Of a DNA stretch of 64,000 nt, positions 13,710-26,780 are shown piece after piece. The notes under the pieces are model-generated. The model was not told where the DNA came from. It worked only from the letters and a program-made list of their open reading frames with translations, and did no database searches. The number at the start of each line of letters is the position of its first letter. The first letter of the stretch is position 1. Origin of the DNA: Octopus sinensis (Eukaryota); the NCBI RefSeq assembly GCF_006345805.1, contig NC_042999.1:101494001-101558000 (forward strand). Direction: 5' to 3'. Made by a program: the position numbers and the translations under genes.

Positions 13710-13980
13710 TTGACAATGAGAAAGCTCTTGGTGTGATAACTGATAGTAACTTGGGTTTGTAACAATTGAGAAAAAATGTAACAGCTTCTTCAAAGAAAAA
13801 AATTCTTTATAGTTATCAACAAAATAAATGTACAATACATTTTAAGAATACAATGAAGCCACACCTGAAATACAGTAACACTATTTGGATACCATACTTC
13901 AAGAAATACCAGATTTTTATGAAAACTGTATAAAAGAAAGCTATCAAATGTATTGCAACACTAAGAAGTCTTGCTGACTG
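13710..13980 (+). mobile_element. Old CR1-like LINE RT C-terminal fragment
   Basis: EKALGVITDSNL and KPHLKYSNTIWIPY...KKAIKCI resemble the CR1 motifs EKDLGV..D..L and RPHLEY...WSP...RRATK. Confidence 0.55.
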
Positions 13981-14589
13981 AGTGCAGACATTGTGTTTTA
14001 ATTTGACTTCAGTATTCCAGCTGAAACAAAAATAGACATAATATTTAACATCAAAATACAGAGATGTACCAGTATTTTTGACTGCCTAGATGTACCAGTA
14101 TTTTTTTACTACAGTATTCTTTAACAAGAATAGTATTGACAGAGACTTTGAAGTTTCAGCCTGTTAAACCATCACTGTATAGTTTCATGGTGTACTCCAC
14201 CAAAAGTATTGAGTAATCCTTCAGTGTCATGTAAAAATTCTATTTATTATAACTTAAAATAAAAACAGACGTTAATATTAATGTACGCATATAAGGTGAT
14301 AAGCTGGCAGAATCATTAGCATGCTAGGCAAAATGCTTGCCAGCATTTTGTCTGTCTTTACATTTTGGGTTCAAATTCCATTGAGGTTGACTTTGCCTTT
14401 CATCCATTCAGTGTTGATAAAATAAGTGCCAGTTGAGCACTGGGATTGATGTAATCAATTTATCCCCTCCCCCAAAGTTGCTGGCCTTGTGTTAAAATTT
14501 GAAACTAATATTAATGTATGTGTGTGTGTGTGTGTGGTCCAAAATTGTTCAGAAATACAAAACACAGTCACAGGTGAGGGTGTATGTGT

Positions 14590-15200
14590 AAGGTTTCGCA
14601 CCCACAAAGCCAAAGCCTTGTGGACAGTTCATCAACCATTATATGAATACAAAATTTTAAAGTATCTATATCGCAGATGTGAGGAAATGCTCAGAACTTG
14701 GAGAATACAAAAAAATGTTAATGAGGATGGGTTATTTCCCCCAAATCAGAGAGGGAAAAAAACCTTTATAGACTTGTTGAGGTCAAACAAGCAAATAGGG
14801 AGATCTAATTTTCCAGTAAACAGCACTTGAAATATTTAGAAAATACTTCTTTACGGCTGTTTAATGTGCCAGGCTTCTTATAGTCCTTAAGAATTTTGGT
14901 TATCTCTACAATGCAGATCTTACAACGGCCACTTCCATTAATATACAGGCCCGGATAATCAATTTCCACCTGATATTACACGGGGTCCTTTGATCTTTGA
15001 GGTGCCACACAAGGCAAGCCAGGGATGTGACTAACCATCTTTCTATGACTCTGAAGGATGACTGGTGGTTATGAAAATGTTTCTTGAACAAAGTACTCGC
15101 TGGACAAATATATTTAGAAACATGGGATGTAGCCCTATTCGCACTCCTGGAATGTTGGTAGTTATCTCAAATGAAAATGATAACCAATATTCCTTAGTGG
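14590..15200 (-). mobile_element. Penelope-like element fragment (GIY-YIG C-terminus plus 3' region)
   Basis: KYI...TLFKKHFHNHQSSF...LVWHLK...IRWKLI, then GRCKICIVE..IL...LNSRKEVFSK; a downstream TGATGA-stem-GAAAC remnant follows. Confidence 0.6.
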
Positions 15201-15414
15201 ATCACTTGAAAATTGTAGATATCTTTTTCATGTGAAACCATTAGCTTTTTGTTAATCCACAAATAAAGAATATTTATCCACTAAAGCAGTGTTGAGCATT
15301 CATTCTCACTGTTTAATAGTAGCATGTGTGTAGTAGTAGTAGTAGTAGTAGCAGTAGTAGTAGCAGCAGCAGCAGCAGCTGCTTATTATGATACAACATT
15401 AATAGGTCACTTAA

Positions 15415-15634
15415 CCCTTTAGCATTTAAACTGGCCATATCCAGCCTAAATATTCTACCTATCTTATGTTCAAACTTGCCAGATTTTGCCTCTCACACCT
15501 AACCTACAATGTAATTCTAAATATAAACAATCACACCATCGAAATCCCAAAGCTATGAAATAATGCATGATTAATTGAAAGCAATGTGATTGCATAACCA
15601 TTTCATTTGGCAGATTAATCTAAATGCGAAAGGG
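15415..15634. mobile_element. piggyBac-like MITE
   Basis: TTAA|CCCTTTAGCATTTA ... TAAATGCGAAAGGG|TTAA; an inverted relative lies at 8670-8888. Confidence 0.8.
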
Positions 15635-15944
15635 TTAAGAAAATGCTATGATGTTTGCATTCCATTTTCCTTTCCAGTGCAAAAAGGTTTTTAAATAAAT
15701 AACCATAGGATAGTCTACATTGTACAAATTTCATACATTCTGAATTATATAATGTTCTATACAAATATATACTGAGGTGAGTTAAAAGTTTTACAATATT
15801 TACAAGTGACAGAAGATACCTGCTGAAGTTGGTTATATCATGGTAGTTGGTGCACTGAAATGTTATGCAATGCTTCACTCCATATGTGATTTGAAAGCCA
15901 CACAAATGAATGTGCAACATAGTCTAATTCAGAAACTTGTACTT

Positions 15945-16623
15945 TATGCATCCAAACTGGGCCATAACACCATGGAAGCAACCAAAAACATTTGTTGAGC
16001 AAAAAGTGAAGGTGCAGTTGATCACAGTATAGTAACCAGATCATTCAGCAAATTTTCCTCCAGTTGCAAGAACCTCAAAAATCAGGCACGGTCAGGTAGG
16101 CCTAAAACCAAGGATTCTGAGGCTGTGCTCTTAGCCACAGCGGCAAATCCAATGAGTAGCACTTGGAGCTCAGCTTCTCATGGACATATGCCACTGTGTG
16201 ACAAAAATATTCAGCATTGGTTAACAGAAAGGGAGCTCTTCTGCAGCAAGACAATGCAAGATCTCATACTACTCAAACAACCCAGAATAAATTCCAGAAA
16301 CTTGAGGGAATCAAATTGATGTCCCACCCAGCATATAGTCCAGACCTAGCTCCTTTGGATTATTACTTGTTCCTATTCCTGGCTCACTTCCTGTTCTCAT
16401 GATGCTTCATCAACCAAGATGGGGTGGAAGATTCAGTGAAGTAGATCTTTTCCTTGAAGGACAAAATCTGGTATCAGTGTGGACCAAAGAACAAGCAGAA
16501 AGGTGGCTTCAGATGGTGCAACATGATGGCTTCTACTTTGAATGCTAGGCTGCTTTTGTTTTAACTTGACAAATAAAGCAAATAAGTTACCAAAATATTG
16601 CAAAACTTTTGACTCAACACAAT
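15945..16623 (+). mobile_element. Decayed mariner fragment
   Basis: KLGHNTMEATKNI...RSGRPK, LLQQDNARSHT and HPAYSPDLAPLDYYLF motifs, with stops and frameshifts. Confidence 0.8.
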
Positions 16624-16959
16624 ACTATTTAATATACTATGTAGCTGACAAACATATTAAATGCAGATCAGAATGACTGTTAATGTTGTATCCTTGATAA
16701 TCAACTGCTATGTATACATAGCAAATTAGATTCAAGCTTCTCTGGATGGCCAAAGGATAGTGGTACATCTTCTCTGAAGAGGGACAGTCACCCCCAAAAC
16801 AGATCTGAAAGATGTTTCTCAATTATTTTTCTGTTTACTGAAGAGAACAATAGGCTGTTTTCAGATCATTTCAGTCTTCACAACTAAAAATTATTTATAA
16901 AGTTAGCTATATTACATGTTTCAGATATTCTCGATTACATTAGATTCTCTATAAATATA

Positions 16960-17855
16960 TTAGGTTGTTCAGAAAATACTGCCCGACTTTTCAAAAACAT
17001 TTTTTCAAATTTGATTTAATAGTTATTTTTGTAGTGTTTTAGACGAAATTTTACATGCTTCATAATTGATGTATACACTTTAATAAATTTTTATTGATTT
17101 CTTTTAGAATATAATTTTAAAGTGTAGAAATCCTTAATTTCAAACATGAAAAAGAAGAAATGCATTTACCTTTTTTTTTTACCTGAGTTCAAGGTTGGGC
17201 ATAATGCTTCCCAAACAGCCACTAATATCAACAGAGCATTGGGTGAAGGGTCCACAAGTGATCAGACAGTACAACAGTTGTTTGAGCAATTCTGTAGTGG
17301 GAATGAGAGCCTTGAAGATCAAAAAGGTAAAGGATGTCCATCCACCCTTGATGATCAGCATTTGGAAACAATAGTCAAACAAAACCCATGGCAAAATGCC
17401 AGAGAAATGTCTCATATGCTTGGTGTCTATAAGCAACTGGAAAAAATGCATGTTCACTTGAGCAAAAGGAAACCTGCTCCACAACAATACTCAGCCACAC
17501 ATTTCCAGGATGACACTGCAGAAGCTCATAGACTTAGGATACAAGACTTTACCATATCCTCTATATTCTCCTGATCTTTCACCCACCAACTACCACTTTT
17601 TCAAGCATCTAAACACTTTTTAAGGCAAAAAACCTCCCACTCCAAAACTGAGGTTGAAACTGAATTCAAGGATTTCTTGGCATCAAAACCTTTGGATTTT
17701 TATTGAAGAGGCATAAATGACCTTGTTAATTGATGTGAGAAATGCATAGCAGTTCAGGGATCATATTTTGAATAATTAAACCTCTGTATAAGTTCAGTTT
17801 TTCAAGAACATATGCTTATTTTTAAAAATCAACCATTATTTTCCAGACAACATAA
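16960..17855 (+). mobile_element. Decayed, internally deleted mariner (DD34D type)
   Basis: TA-flanked degenerate TIRs (TTAGGTTGTTCAGAAAATA / TATTTTCCAGACAACATAA). N-terminal HTH region (EFKVGHNASQTATNIN) and YSPDLSPTNYHFF motif. Confidence 0.85.
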
Positions 17856-20800
17856 TATATTACTATATTTTCAAATAATTCTATTTTCCTGTTCCCAACA
17901 ATATATAATGATATACATTAATTTAGTAATTCTTTCAGCACTACTCCAACAAGTGTAATGAAAGCTCTGCTTAACTGATGAAAGGCCAAATGCATCACAT
18001 GGTTAGTTGAAAGGAGAGGTGAAGAGCAAGAGAAAAAGACAGTGAGAGAAAAGAGGAAGAGAGAAATGCTAGTATTGTAGTGTGGGGAGAGAAAGGTAAA
18101 GAGAAAGAGATGTTTAGGATACAATATTTAGCAGGGGGTGATGTTCTGGTGGTGAGGTAAAAGAAAGGAGACAGAGAGTGACAGATAGGGGAGACGGTTG
18201 TATTAAGAGAGAGAGAGGGTGAGGGAGGGAGCAGATAGTGTTTGTATTGTTAGAATAGAGATACATCAACAGCAAGAAAAAGTAGATATTAACAAACAGC
18301 TGGACTGAACTGAAATGAAATGAGTTTTGTTACTGAAAACTATAGTGATGATGATGGTGGTGGTGTTGTTGATAGTGAAAAAGTTTTTTTTCATTGAACT
18401 AAATCTATAATATTATTTGTTTACCTGAGAGAGAGAGAGAGAGAGAGAAGCAGATAGTGTTTTATTGAATTAAATCTATATTATTTGTTTACCTGTTTGT
18501 TCACACTTTATGTTTTAGTTTGTTTGAATAGAGGAGGCGGTGGAGTGAAAGAGAGAAAAAGGAAACATGAGAGTGAGTGAGAGAGCAGGTAGCCAGACGA
18601 TGCATTATGCTGTCACTCATGTGGCAAGTGGAAGTGAGAGGTGAAGAGAAAGAGAAAATGTTAAAGACATAAAGAGAGAAACAATATGGTTTAAAAGTTT
18701 GTTGAAGAGGTAGAGAGAAATATAAGGTGCTTAGCAGAGGGAAATTTTGAAATCATATTATTGTGACTGGAAGTGAAATAACTTAGCAAAATTAAAATAA
18801 AAATCCAAATCATCCTTGCTTTCTTGAATAGCTTCTCTTAATCTTTTTCATTCTGTAGAATTTCCACAAGTTCCACTAATTTCTGATAGTCAGCTTTATA
18901 ATTTTCCTGCATTGAATATGTTAACAGTCATTCATTTGAAATTCACCTTATTTAAATATTTTCTTCAACATAAAATTGTAAGAAACTTATACTTATCTGT
19001 TAGTGCAGACAGCATACAAATTAATACATTCATATAACAAAACTCAGCAAGGTTGTTTAATCTTCATGCATCACATCCTTTCTTACAAGATTCCATGAAA
19101 CACTTGTCAATCTTCCTAATTTTCTAAAATTTTCAAAAGCCATTAAGGAACTGGAATCTTCATTGAGCTTTTCAAATCTAGCAAATGATCTACTCTGAAA
19201 TAGTTGGTTCATATAGCATACTCAGTTTTAGACAATGATAGGTCCAGCATCATTAGATTGCATGTAACACTGGTTAATAAAGAAAGTACTAATGGCAAAT
19301 GTGACTTCCCTTTTATAACAGAATAATTTACTCCTTTTTTTTTTCTTTTTGGCATTGGGGATTAGTTCATTTCTAGAATATTTATGAATTTGTTCATGTT
19401 AGTAATAAAGAATTTACTGGTAGAATCTAAATAGCTTGTAGTAAATGACTTTCACAATACTAAATCATAAATTTAGATACACTTTTATTTCCAATTTTTC
19501 ATGATCTTACACAACCTGTATTCAATTTTTTTTGTACTATTTCAAAACATTTTCTGTCTCTTTATTCAGTACAAAATCATATTATCTCTATGGGTACAAT
19601 GCACAACAACTATCTATAAGTTATTATTTCATAGGTATTTTATTGAGATTCCATTCTACTCATCACAATTAATTAATCTAGAAAACAAATATCAGAACTT
19701 TCTTAGAAACTCAATTATTATAGACAAGCATTCTATCCAGTGTTAAATGCTGGCCCTATGGTCTAAAAACAAATTGACACTATTGATTATTCCGAAAAAA
19801 ATCTAGTTTGCTTAACTGAATTCTATTCATCACTTGCTATTGAAATTATCTTTCTATATATGGTTTTCTTAGTATTTTTAAAATAATTCTAATTTGATGA
19901 GATTATTTTTAATTCAGTTACAATTTCCCTGAAATTCTTATAATTTTACTGTTTCCGGTTTTTACTCAAAACTGAGAAATTTATAGATCTCATTCTGATC
20001 AGTATTAAATCAGTTCATTTTTCCAGTGAGTTCTACACACTAATTTTCTCTTTTCATTAGCAATTTCAGTGCACTTTTTGACATGATAGCATGCTCGTGT
20101 ATCATGGCTAGCAAGCACAATAGTGTCATTAGTAATGTTCAGTTGAGATGAAATTCCTTGATGCATTTTAAAATAATCAATGAATAGATTGTAGATTCTA
20201 GTGACACTTCTATCACCAAAGGTTTCGTCTTATAACTAGTCATGTCTTTAAGCAGTATTTTGATTGATTCCTTACTCAAACAAACTCCAGCTGAAGAATA
20301 TTTATCACCATGAAGAAATCCTATGAGATTAGAATCCAGTAACTTATTTATTTCTGCCAGCAAATACTTCAGATATTCACATTTATTATCAAATTATACA
20401 AATAATCAACGATGTCTATCCCTTCAGTTATACATATTCAATTATAAAAGTTTCTTACTTTGTAATGTATTTATCTATAAATAGTTTGTTTATAAGCACA
20501 GATTTATCTACACCTACTAGATTCCAATTAGACATACCATTCCATTTAATATTGTTTATTAAGTACTAGAACAAGACCTGACCAAAAACAAAATATTGTA
20601 TAAAGTTGTGTAGCTTAAATGAAGTATTGTGGAATAGAGCTAAAGATGCTTTTTTTAGAAAGTTGCTGCATGTTTGAAATAAAGGGGAGAAAAACAAAAG
20701 CAAAACAGAAACAAAGTTTTACACCTTTTCTTTATATTTTGATATTTTTACTTTAAAGGTCTTTAAAAAGAGAAAATGAAATTGAGCTTAAGAGCTGATC

Positions 20801-21693
20801 TTCATGAATATGGATGGGAGGGGTGTGATAAGTACAGGTTGGTAATGTTATGCAATTAGCATTGTACAACTCTTGTCTGTTGTTGATGGTTGGATTAAAA
20901 TTTTTAATAAGAATGTCATGCTTTAATACCCAAATTTCCAATATTCTATTCTGTAACTTTGATACTAATTGTAATGCCATGGTTATGTCTCTCCAGTAAT
21001 TTCTTCACGGAAACAGCATTTCTATAAATATGTTCTTTAATGAGGATGTGTAGTTTATGAAAGGTATTGTTAATGTAAAATTCACTACATTTATGGCATT
21101 GTCATATTGGTATCAAAAATGGAATAAGACATTTGCTTTGGTGCATCAGAGTAATCTGGGATTTTGTGTTGGGTGCTCTGAATCATTGTCATTGTCCTCT
21201 ATTTTAGGGATCTTTTCCCACTATCTTATTATTATTTCATTATCATTATTGTTATTACCAGTCACATACTATGATCAATATAACACCTTCACATTTTTTG
21301 GATTTGTGTTTATGATAGAAATAATTAATCAAAATTATCATTTTACATTTGCTTTCTATACTTGCAAAGATTAGAAGGATCATCATGATCTAAGTCAATT
21401 CTTATTCAAAATTACTGCCCTCCTAGATGGGTTAGCAGATCATGTACATTTTATTTTGGTTTCTATGTCTGAGAACCCTCCTTATCACCCTATAGAGTGT
21501 ACTAGTTGCATTTATTATGTCAAGACTACAAGGTTCTCTCTACCCTACAATGTCTCTACTCATTTGTCAACCACTTTACAGAATGTACTAAGTTAATTTT
21601 ATCATGGTAGTAATACTGGTGAGGTTAACTTGTATCTTGTGAAACAAAAGAGTCTTCATTACTTATTGTGTATTTGTTCGCTCGAGTCAATGG

Positions 21694-22219
21694 CAGCAGC
21701 ATAGCCAGGTTCTAAAATTAGTGGGAGCGAGCACATTAAGAAAATAGGCACTGTGACACATACCAAACAATTTTTAATTCATTTTTCTTATATTACATGA
21801 AATATTTAATTAGTTATATATAATTGTATTCAACATTCATTAATTTTATGCTTCACTAACAATGTCATTATATATGAAACTTACATCTACTGATATAGGT
21901 ATGATGTGAAAAAGATGAAACTCCATAAGATCATCCAGTGTCAAGAAATTATGACATCAGGGTTTGTTTAGGAAATTTCAGATGTCAGTGGCCACCAACA
22001 CATCACTGGAGATTGAGGAGACAGTTCAAAAACATAGGAAGTTGGTCAAATAAAGTAATGACTCCAGAAAGTTCTTCCAAGGCCATACAATTAACAAAAA
22101 GATTCAAAATTTATTGCACAAGTGTTAAAAAAATTGTTTAAAAAGCGCCAATTTTGAAAACTGTGCTTGATGGGTGGGGAATGGTCACTCCCCTTGCTCC
22201 CCTAATAGTTATACCACTG
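21694..22219. mobile_element. Non-autonomous hAT-like element
   Basis: Degenerate CAG...CTG TIRs (CAGCAGCATAGCCA / TAGTTATACCACTG) with near-matching 8-bp flanks GTCAATGG / GTCAATAA. Confidence 0.55.
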
Positions 22220-22579
22220 GTCAATAATCAAAAAGATGAAAAAAAAAGAGAGAGCAATAACAAACCAGGTTGGGTTTTGAAGTATGGTGATAGAAACAAA
22301 AGTTATTGGAGTGCAAGTGTGATAGAAAGAGAGAAAGGATAATGGATAATAACAGAGCTAGAGAACAATGGATAGCAGTAATAAGTGGCCTGGGGAGAGG
22401 GAATAATGACTGGCAATACAAAAAGTGTGATGGTCCAGTGTTATAGGTTATAAACATATTTGATGCAATCTCTTTTAGATAGGCCTTGTGACAAGAGGAG
22501 TAGAGTGATGGGTTGTAGCATTGTAGCAGGTTTGAATATATGTAGGTTCAATACACTCTCTCGTTATATGGGTAGTATA

Positions 22580-22792
22580 CTTTTTTACTCAAGGCACAAG
22601 GCCCGAAATTTTGGGGGAGGGGGCCAGTCGATTAGATCAACCCCAGTACACAACTAATACTTAATTTATCGACCCTGAAAGGATGAAAGGCAAAGTCATC
22701 CTCAGCAGAATTTGAACTCAGAATGTAAAGACAGACGAAATACCACTAAGCATTTCACCTAGCGTACTAACATTTCTGCCAGTTGCCGCCTT
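22580..22792 (-). mobile_element. tRNA-derived SINE with a 17-bp TSD
   Basis: B-box GTTCAAATTC and GCCTTTCATCCTTTCAGGGTCGATAAATTAAGTA body; TSD GTTA(T/C)ATGGGTAGTATA at 22563-22579 and 22793-22809. Confidence 0.85.
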
Positions 22793-24354
22793 GTTACATG
22801 GGTAGTATAATATAATGAATAGGAAAGAAAATGAGTATTAGAGAGATGAAAGGACTGGTTAGGTTCAATGTTGTCTCTGGTTACAAAGATGTTATAGTAT
22901 AAGTAGGAGAGTGACACTACTATCCTTTAAGTGGAAGAGTGCTGCTACTATCCACAAGTACTACTGTACAGTTAATAGAAGAGAGACTTTGGTAACTGCT
23001 TATACTTCTCAGTTTTTATGTCAAAGTGTGATCATGTTGTACATTGGATATAACTGTCGACTCAGTTGTGCCTGTCAGTATTTTCTTTTTGCAAGGTCAA
23101 GGCAAATGATGCAGACAATTGATTTTTTTTTTCATGCTGATTGCAGAGTCTTCAGTTAATGTTAGCCTCTTTTTCTATTATTTCATTCTTATAGTATTTT
23201 TGTCACTAAATCTTAAGCTTGTGCAGCTAAAACCAAACCTTCTGTTTCAACCTTTAATCCATAGCATTTGTGTCATTGTTTTCTTACTTCTTCCCAATAG
23301 GAGGATCTTAAATACAGTGCTTTCTGTAGACCATTATATATTTTATATCAGACAGGTTGTGTCTAGTTCAGATTTCTCCAAGGATACGTTTATGGGTGCA
23401 TCCAGCTTCTGTGAGACAAATTCCTTGAAGTCTTTCAGTGCCTTCCACACCTAATCGTCATTCCTCACCATCTCTCTCACTCTCATAATATCAAGTGTCA
23501 TGAGAGTTTCAACTCCACTGTCTTCATTTTTCCATTGGTGCTGCCTCCCTCAGTGAGGAGGTTGGCTACAACATTTGTTGTTATTCAAAGGGTATCTGTA
23601 CCTGGGTGAAATTCCAACCAGACACAGTATACAAAAGGTATCAAAACAAGTTTGTAATCTATATGGGGTCAATTTATAATTCTATAAATATCAAGGGCTT
23701 CTAAAAACCAATTCCTAGAAGAATACAAGCATCATGTAACAGATTCATTGATTTTTTTTATAAGGTACAAGTCCAGTTTTTGTAAAAGATGGATTATGAT
23801 TTTTATTGCAATGACCAACAATACTAATATGTTGCTTGTCAGACCATGGAAAGTCATCAGCAGTATAACGAGCAGGGACAAGTTAAGACCTAGCCGTGGC
23901 CCCGGCACCCATAGATTTTGAAGTTCCTTACAATATTTTTGTATGTTTGTATGTCTGTGTGTGATTTTTGTGTTCATACATATATATACATATATATATA
24001 TATATATATGCATGTAAGAGAACAATTATCTTTTGAACTTCATAAGATAGTCATTTATCCCTTTGTCATCTCTTTTCTTATTACTGTTCTGTACTCAACA
24101 AATGGTCCATTCAAAAGCATCCATATATATTGAGTTCTACAGCAAGTCATTAGGTTATCAGTATTGCAATGCCTAAGCAAAGTTTTATATATATATATAT
24201 ATATATATACCGGAGTAAACACATAAATGTGAAACAAGGTGGAAAAAAGAGTACTCAAATACCAGTGGTAGAGTAATATGCTTTATTTAAAGCAGCAGAA
24301 AATTCAACAAAATCTGTTACTCTGAGTTTCTCGTTTTAGGATCTGAATTCTGTT

Positions 24355-24510
24355 GTGGTGGGTGGGTCTTCTCAAGGACAGCACTGTACCACATATCTTG
24401 GTCCTCTGTCATCTCAATCCTACAGTTCAGCATTTTGAGATCAGCCTTCAATACTTTGTCCCATGTCATCCTGGGTCTTCCTCTTCCACAACTTCCCTCT
24501 ATTCTAAGTG
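24355..24510 (-). mobile_element. RTE ORF2 C-terminal fragment
   Basis: GSCGRGRPRMTWDKVLKADL...MTEDQDMWYSAVLEKT. Confidence 0.7.
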
Positions 24511-24537
24511 AACAGGACAGTAAGAACAAAACAATGT

Positions 24538-24905
24538 TCTTACTGTCCTGTTCTTGTTACCACTTTTACCCCTCCACAAAAAATCCCAAATTTTATTTAA
24601 TTTGCTTTGCAGGAAGGACTGTTTCAATGAAGTCGCATCTTGTCCTTACCTTTGAAACATGGAGTAGACGAAACAGGGACAACTGAAGAAGGGGAATATT
24701 CCTTGTGTTGTATGTCTTGTACTCTGTTCTTTCATTGTTTAAAAAATAGTTTGTGTCCATGTTTTTGTTTTTATCTTTTCGTTTCTCATTGTGTTCAACT
24801 TTTTTTTTATGTCCTGTACCCATACGTGCATGTATATATACATATAGATGTAGGTATGTACATATATGTATGTATATATGCATATATTTATATATTATTT
24901 ATATC
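24538..24905 (+). repeat. Dispersed repeat of about 370 bp with an inverted copy at about 52745-53095
   Basis: Near-identical reverse-complement match (e.g. TTACTGTCCTGTTCTTGTTACCACTTTTACCCCTCC); both copies abut (TA)n. Confidence 0.8.
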
Positions 24906-24946
24906 ATTACATTATCGAATGCCACGCATCCTTTTCCAAGTAAGAC

Positions 24947-25007
<61 letters not shown>

Positions 25008-25584
25008 AAAAAGTCAGTGATTGTATGACACTGTATTTTCTATACATTGCAAGTGAGGTTAGACTACTGCCATGCCTGGCAAATGAGTGCTCACAACCAA
25101 CGAGATCCAATAAGAGCAAAATTACACAGTCTGGTGGTCTTGGAGCTAGGGTAGTAGAAGCTCTCTCCCACTTGCAATAAATATCAAGTGTGAAAGCACA
25201 CTGAATAAACCAGCTAGAAGAGATGTCTTCCTGAGGTTAAAAAAGTAGTATTGTCATCTCTTACAGGGAATCCACGTTAAAGTGGTGATAAACACCTTTA
25301 TATATATATATATTCCTTTTTCATTTTCTTTTTACCTGTCTCAGTCATTTGACTGCAACCATGCCATGCTGGAGCATCACCTTTAGTTGAACAAATTGAC
25401 CCCAGGACTTATTCTTTGTAAGCCTAGTACTTACTCTATCAGTCTCTTTTACCAAACTTCTAAGTTACAGGAATGAAAACACACCAACATCAGTGTCAAA
25501 CGATAGTGGGAGAAACAAACACAAATACATACATACATATATATATGTATGTGTGTGTGTATATGTATATATATATATATATAT

Positions 25585-26780
25585 CAAATCAAAACAAATC
25601 AAAATAGATGAACATCAATGGAATTTGTATCTTTGTGATACCAGTGCTGGTGGCACACAAGAAAACCATCCGAACGTGGCCGTAGCCAGTACCGCATCGA
25701 CTGGCCTCCGTGCTGTGGGCACATAACAAACACCATCCGATCGTGGCCGTTCGCCAGCCTCATCTGGCACCTGTGTCGGTGGGACATAAAAACACCATCC
25801 AAAGACCCGGCAAGACTAGTCAGGCCATAACCCGTGGCCCCTACCTGGGACGTAGTCAGTCCACCTGTGCATACCTTCCTTCCTTCTTGTGACAGTTGTG
25901 AAGACCTGTGAAGACCTGTTGAGGCAAGTGAAAATCAAATCAAATCAAATCAAAACAAATCAAAATAGATGAACATCAATGGAATTTGTATCTTTGTGGT
26001 ACCAGTGCCGGTGGCACACAAGAAAACCATCCGAACGTGGCGGTAGCCAGAACCGCATCGACTGGCCTCCGTGCTGTGGGCACATAACAAATACCATCCG
26101 ATCATGGCCGTTCGCCAGCCTCATCTGGCACCTATGTCGGTGGCACATAAAAACACCATCCGAAGACCCGGCAAGACTAGTCAGGCCATAACCCGTAGCC
26201 CCTACCTGGGACGTAGTCAGTCCACCTGTGCATACCTTCCTTCTTGTGACACTTGTGAAGACCTGTTGAGGCAAGTGAAAATCAAAACAAATCAAAATAG
26301 ATGAACATCAATGGAATTTGTATCTCTGTGGTACCAGTGCCGGTGGCACACAAGAAAACTATCCGAACGTGGCCGTAGCCAGTACCGCATCGACTGGCCT
26401 CCGTGCTGTGGGCACGTAACAAACACCATCCGATCGTGGCCGTTCGCCAGCCTCATCTGGCATCTGTGTCGGTGGCACATAAAAACACCATCCAAGCATG
26501 GCCGTCTGCCAGCCTCGTCTGGCACCCGTGTCGGTGGCACATAAAAAACACCATCCGAGCGTGGCCGTTCGCCAGCCTTGTCTGGCACCTGTATCGGTGG
26601 CACATAAAATCACCCACTACACTCTCGGAGTGGTTGGCGTTAGGAAGGGCATCCAGCTGTAGAAACACTGCCAGATCTGACTGGCCTGGTGCAGCCTTCG
26701 GGCTCCCCAGACCCCAGTTGAACCGTCCAACCCATGCTAGCATGGAAAACGGACGCTAAATGATGATGATGATGATGATG
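25585..26780 (+). repeat. Tandemly amplified RTE-LINE 3' end (about 330-360-bp units with about 60-bp sub-repeats) ending in (TGA)n
   Basis: AAAATAGATGAACATCAATGG recurs at 25601, 25962 and 26294. Shares motifs with the LINE 3' end at 41787-41894. The terminal part is the reverse complement of 361-556. Confidence 0.85.

Noticed and set aside
17146-17574. Domesticated SETMAR-like gene
   Set aside because: Flanked by TIRs and TA, internally deleted and frameshifted, no SET domain; an ordinary dead mariner.
24640-24710. Hammerhead ribozyme in the 370-bp repeat (GAAAC...GAGTA...CTGAAGA)
   Set aside because: The boxes are present but I could not close stem I in any topology, and the second copy lacks the CTGAAGA segment.
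25585-26620. CRISPR-like repeat-spacer array
   Set aside because: The intervening sequences are themselves repeated rather than unique spacers, no cas genes are present, the context is eukaryotic, and the units match an RTE LINE 3' end.
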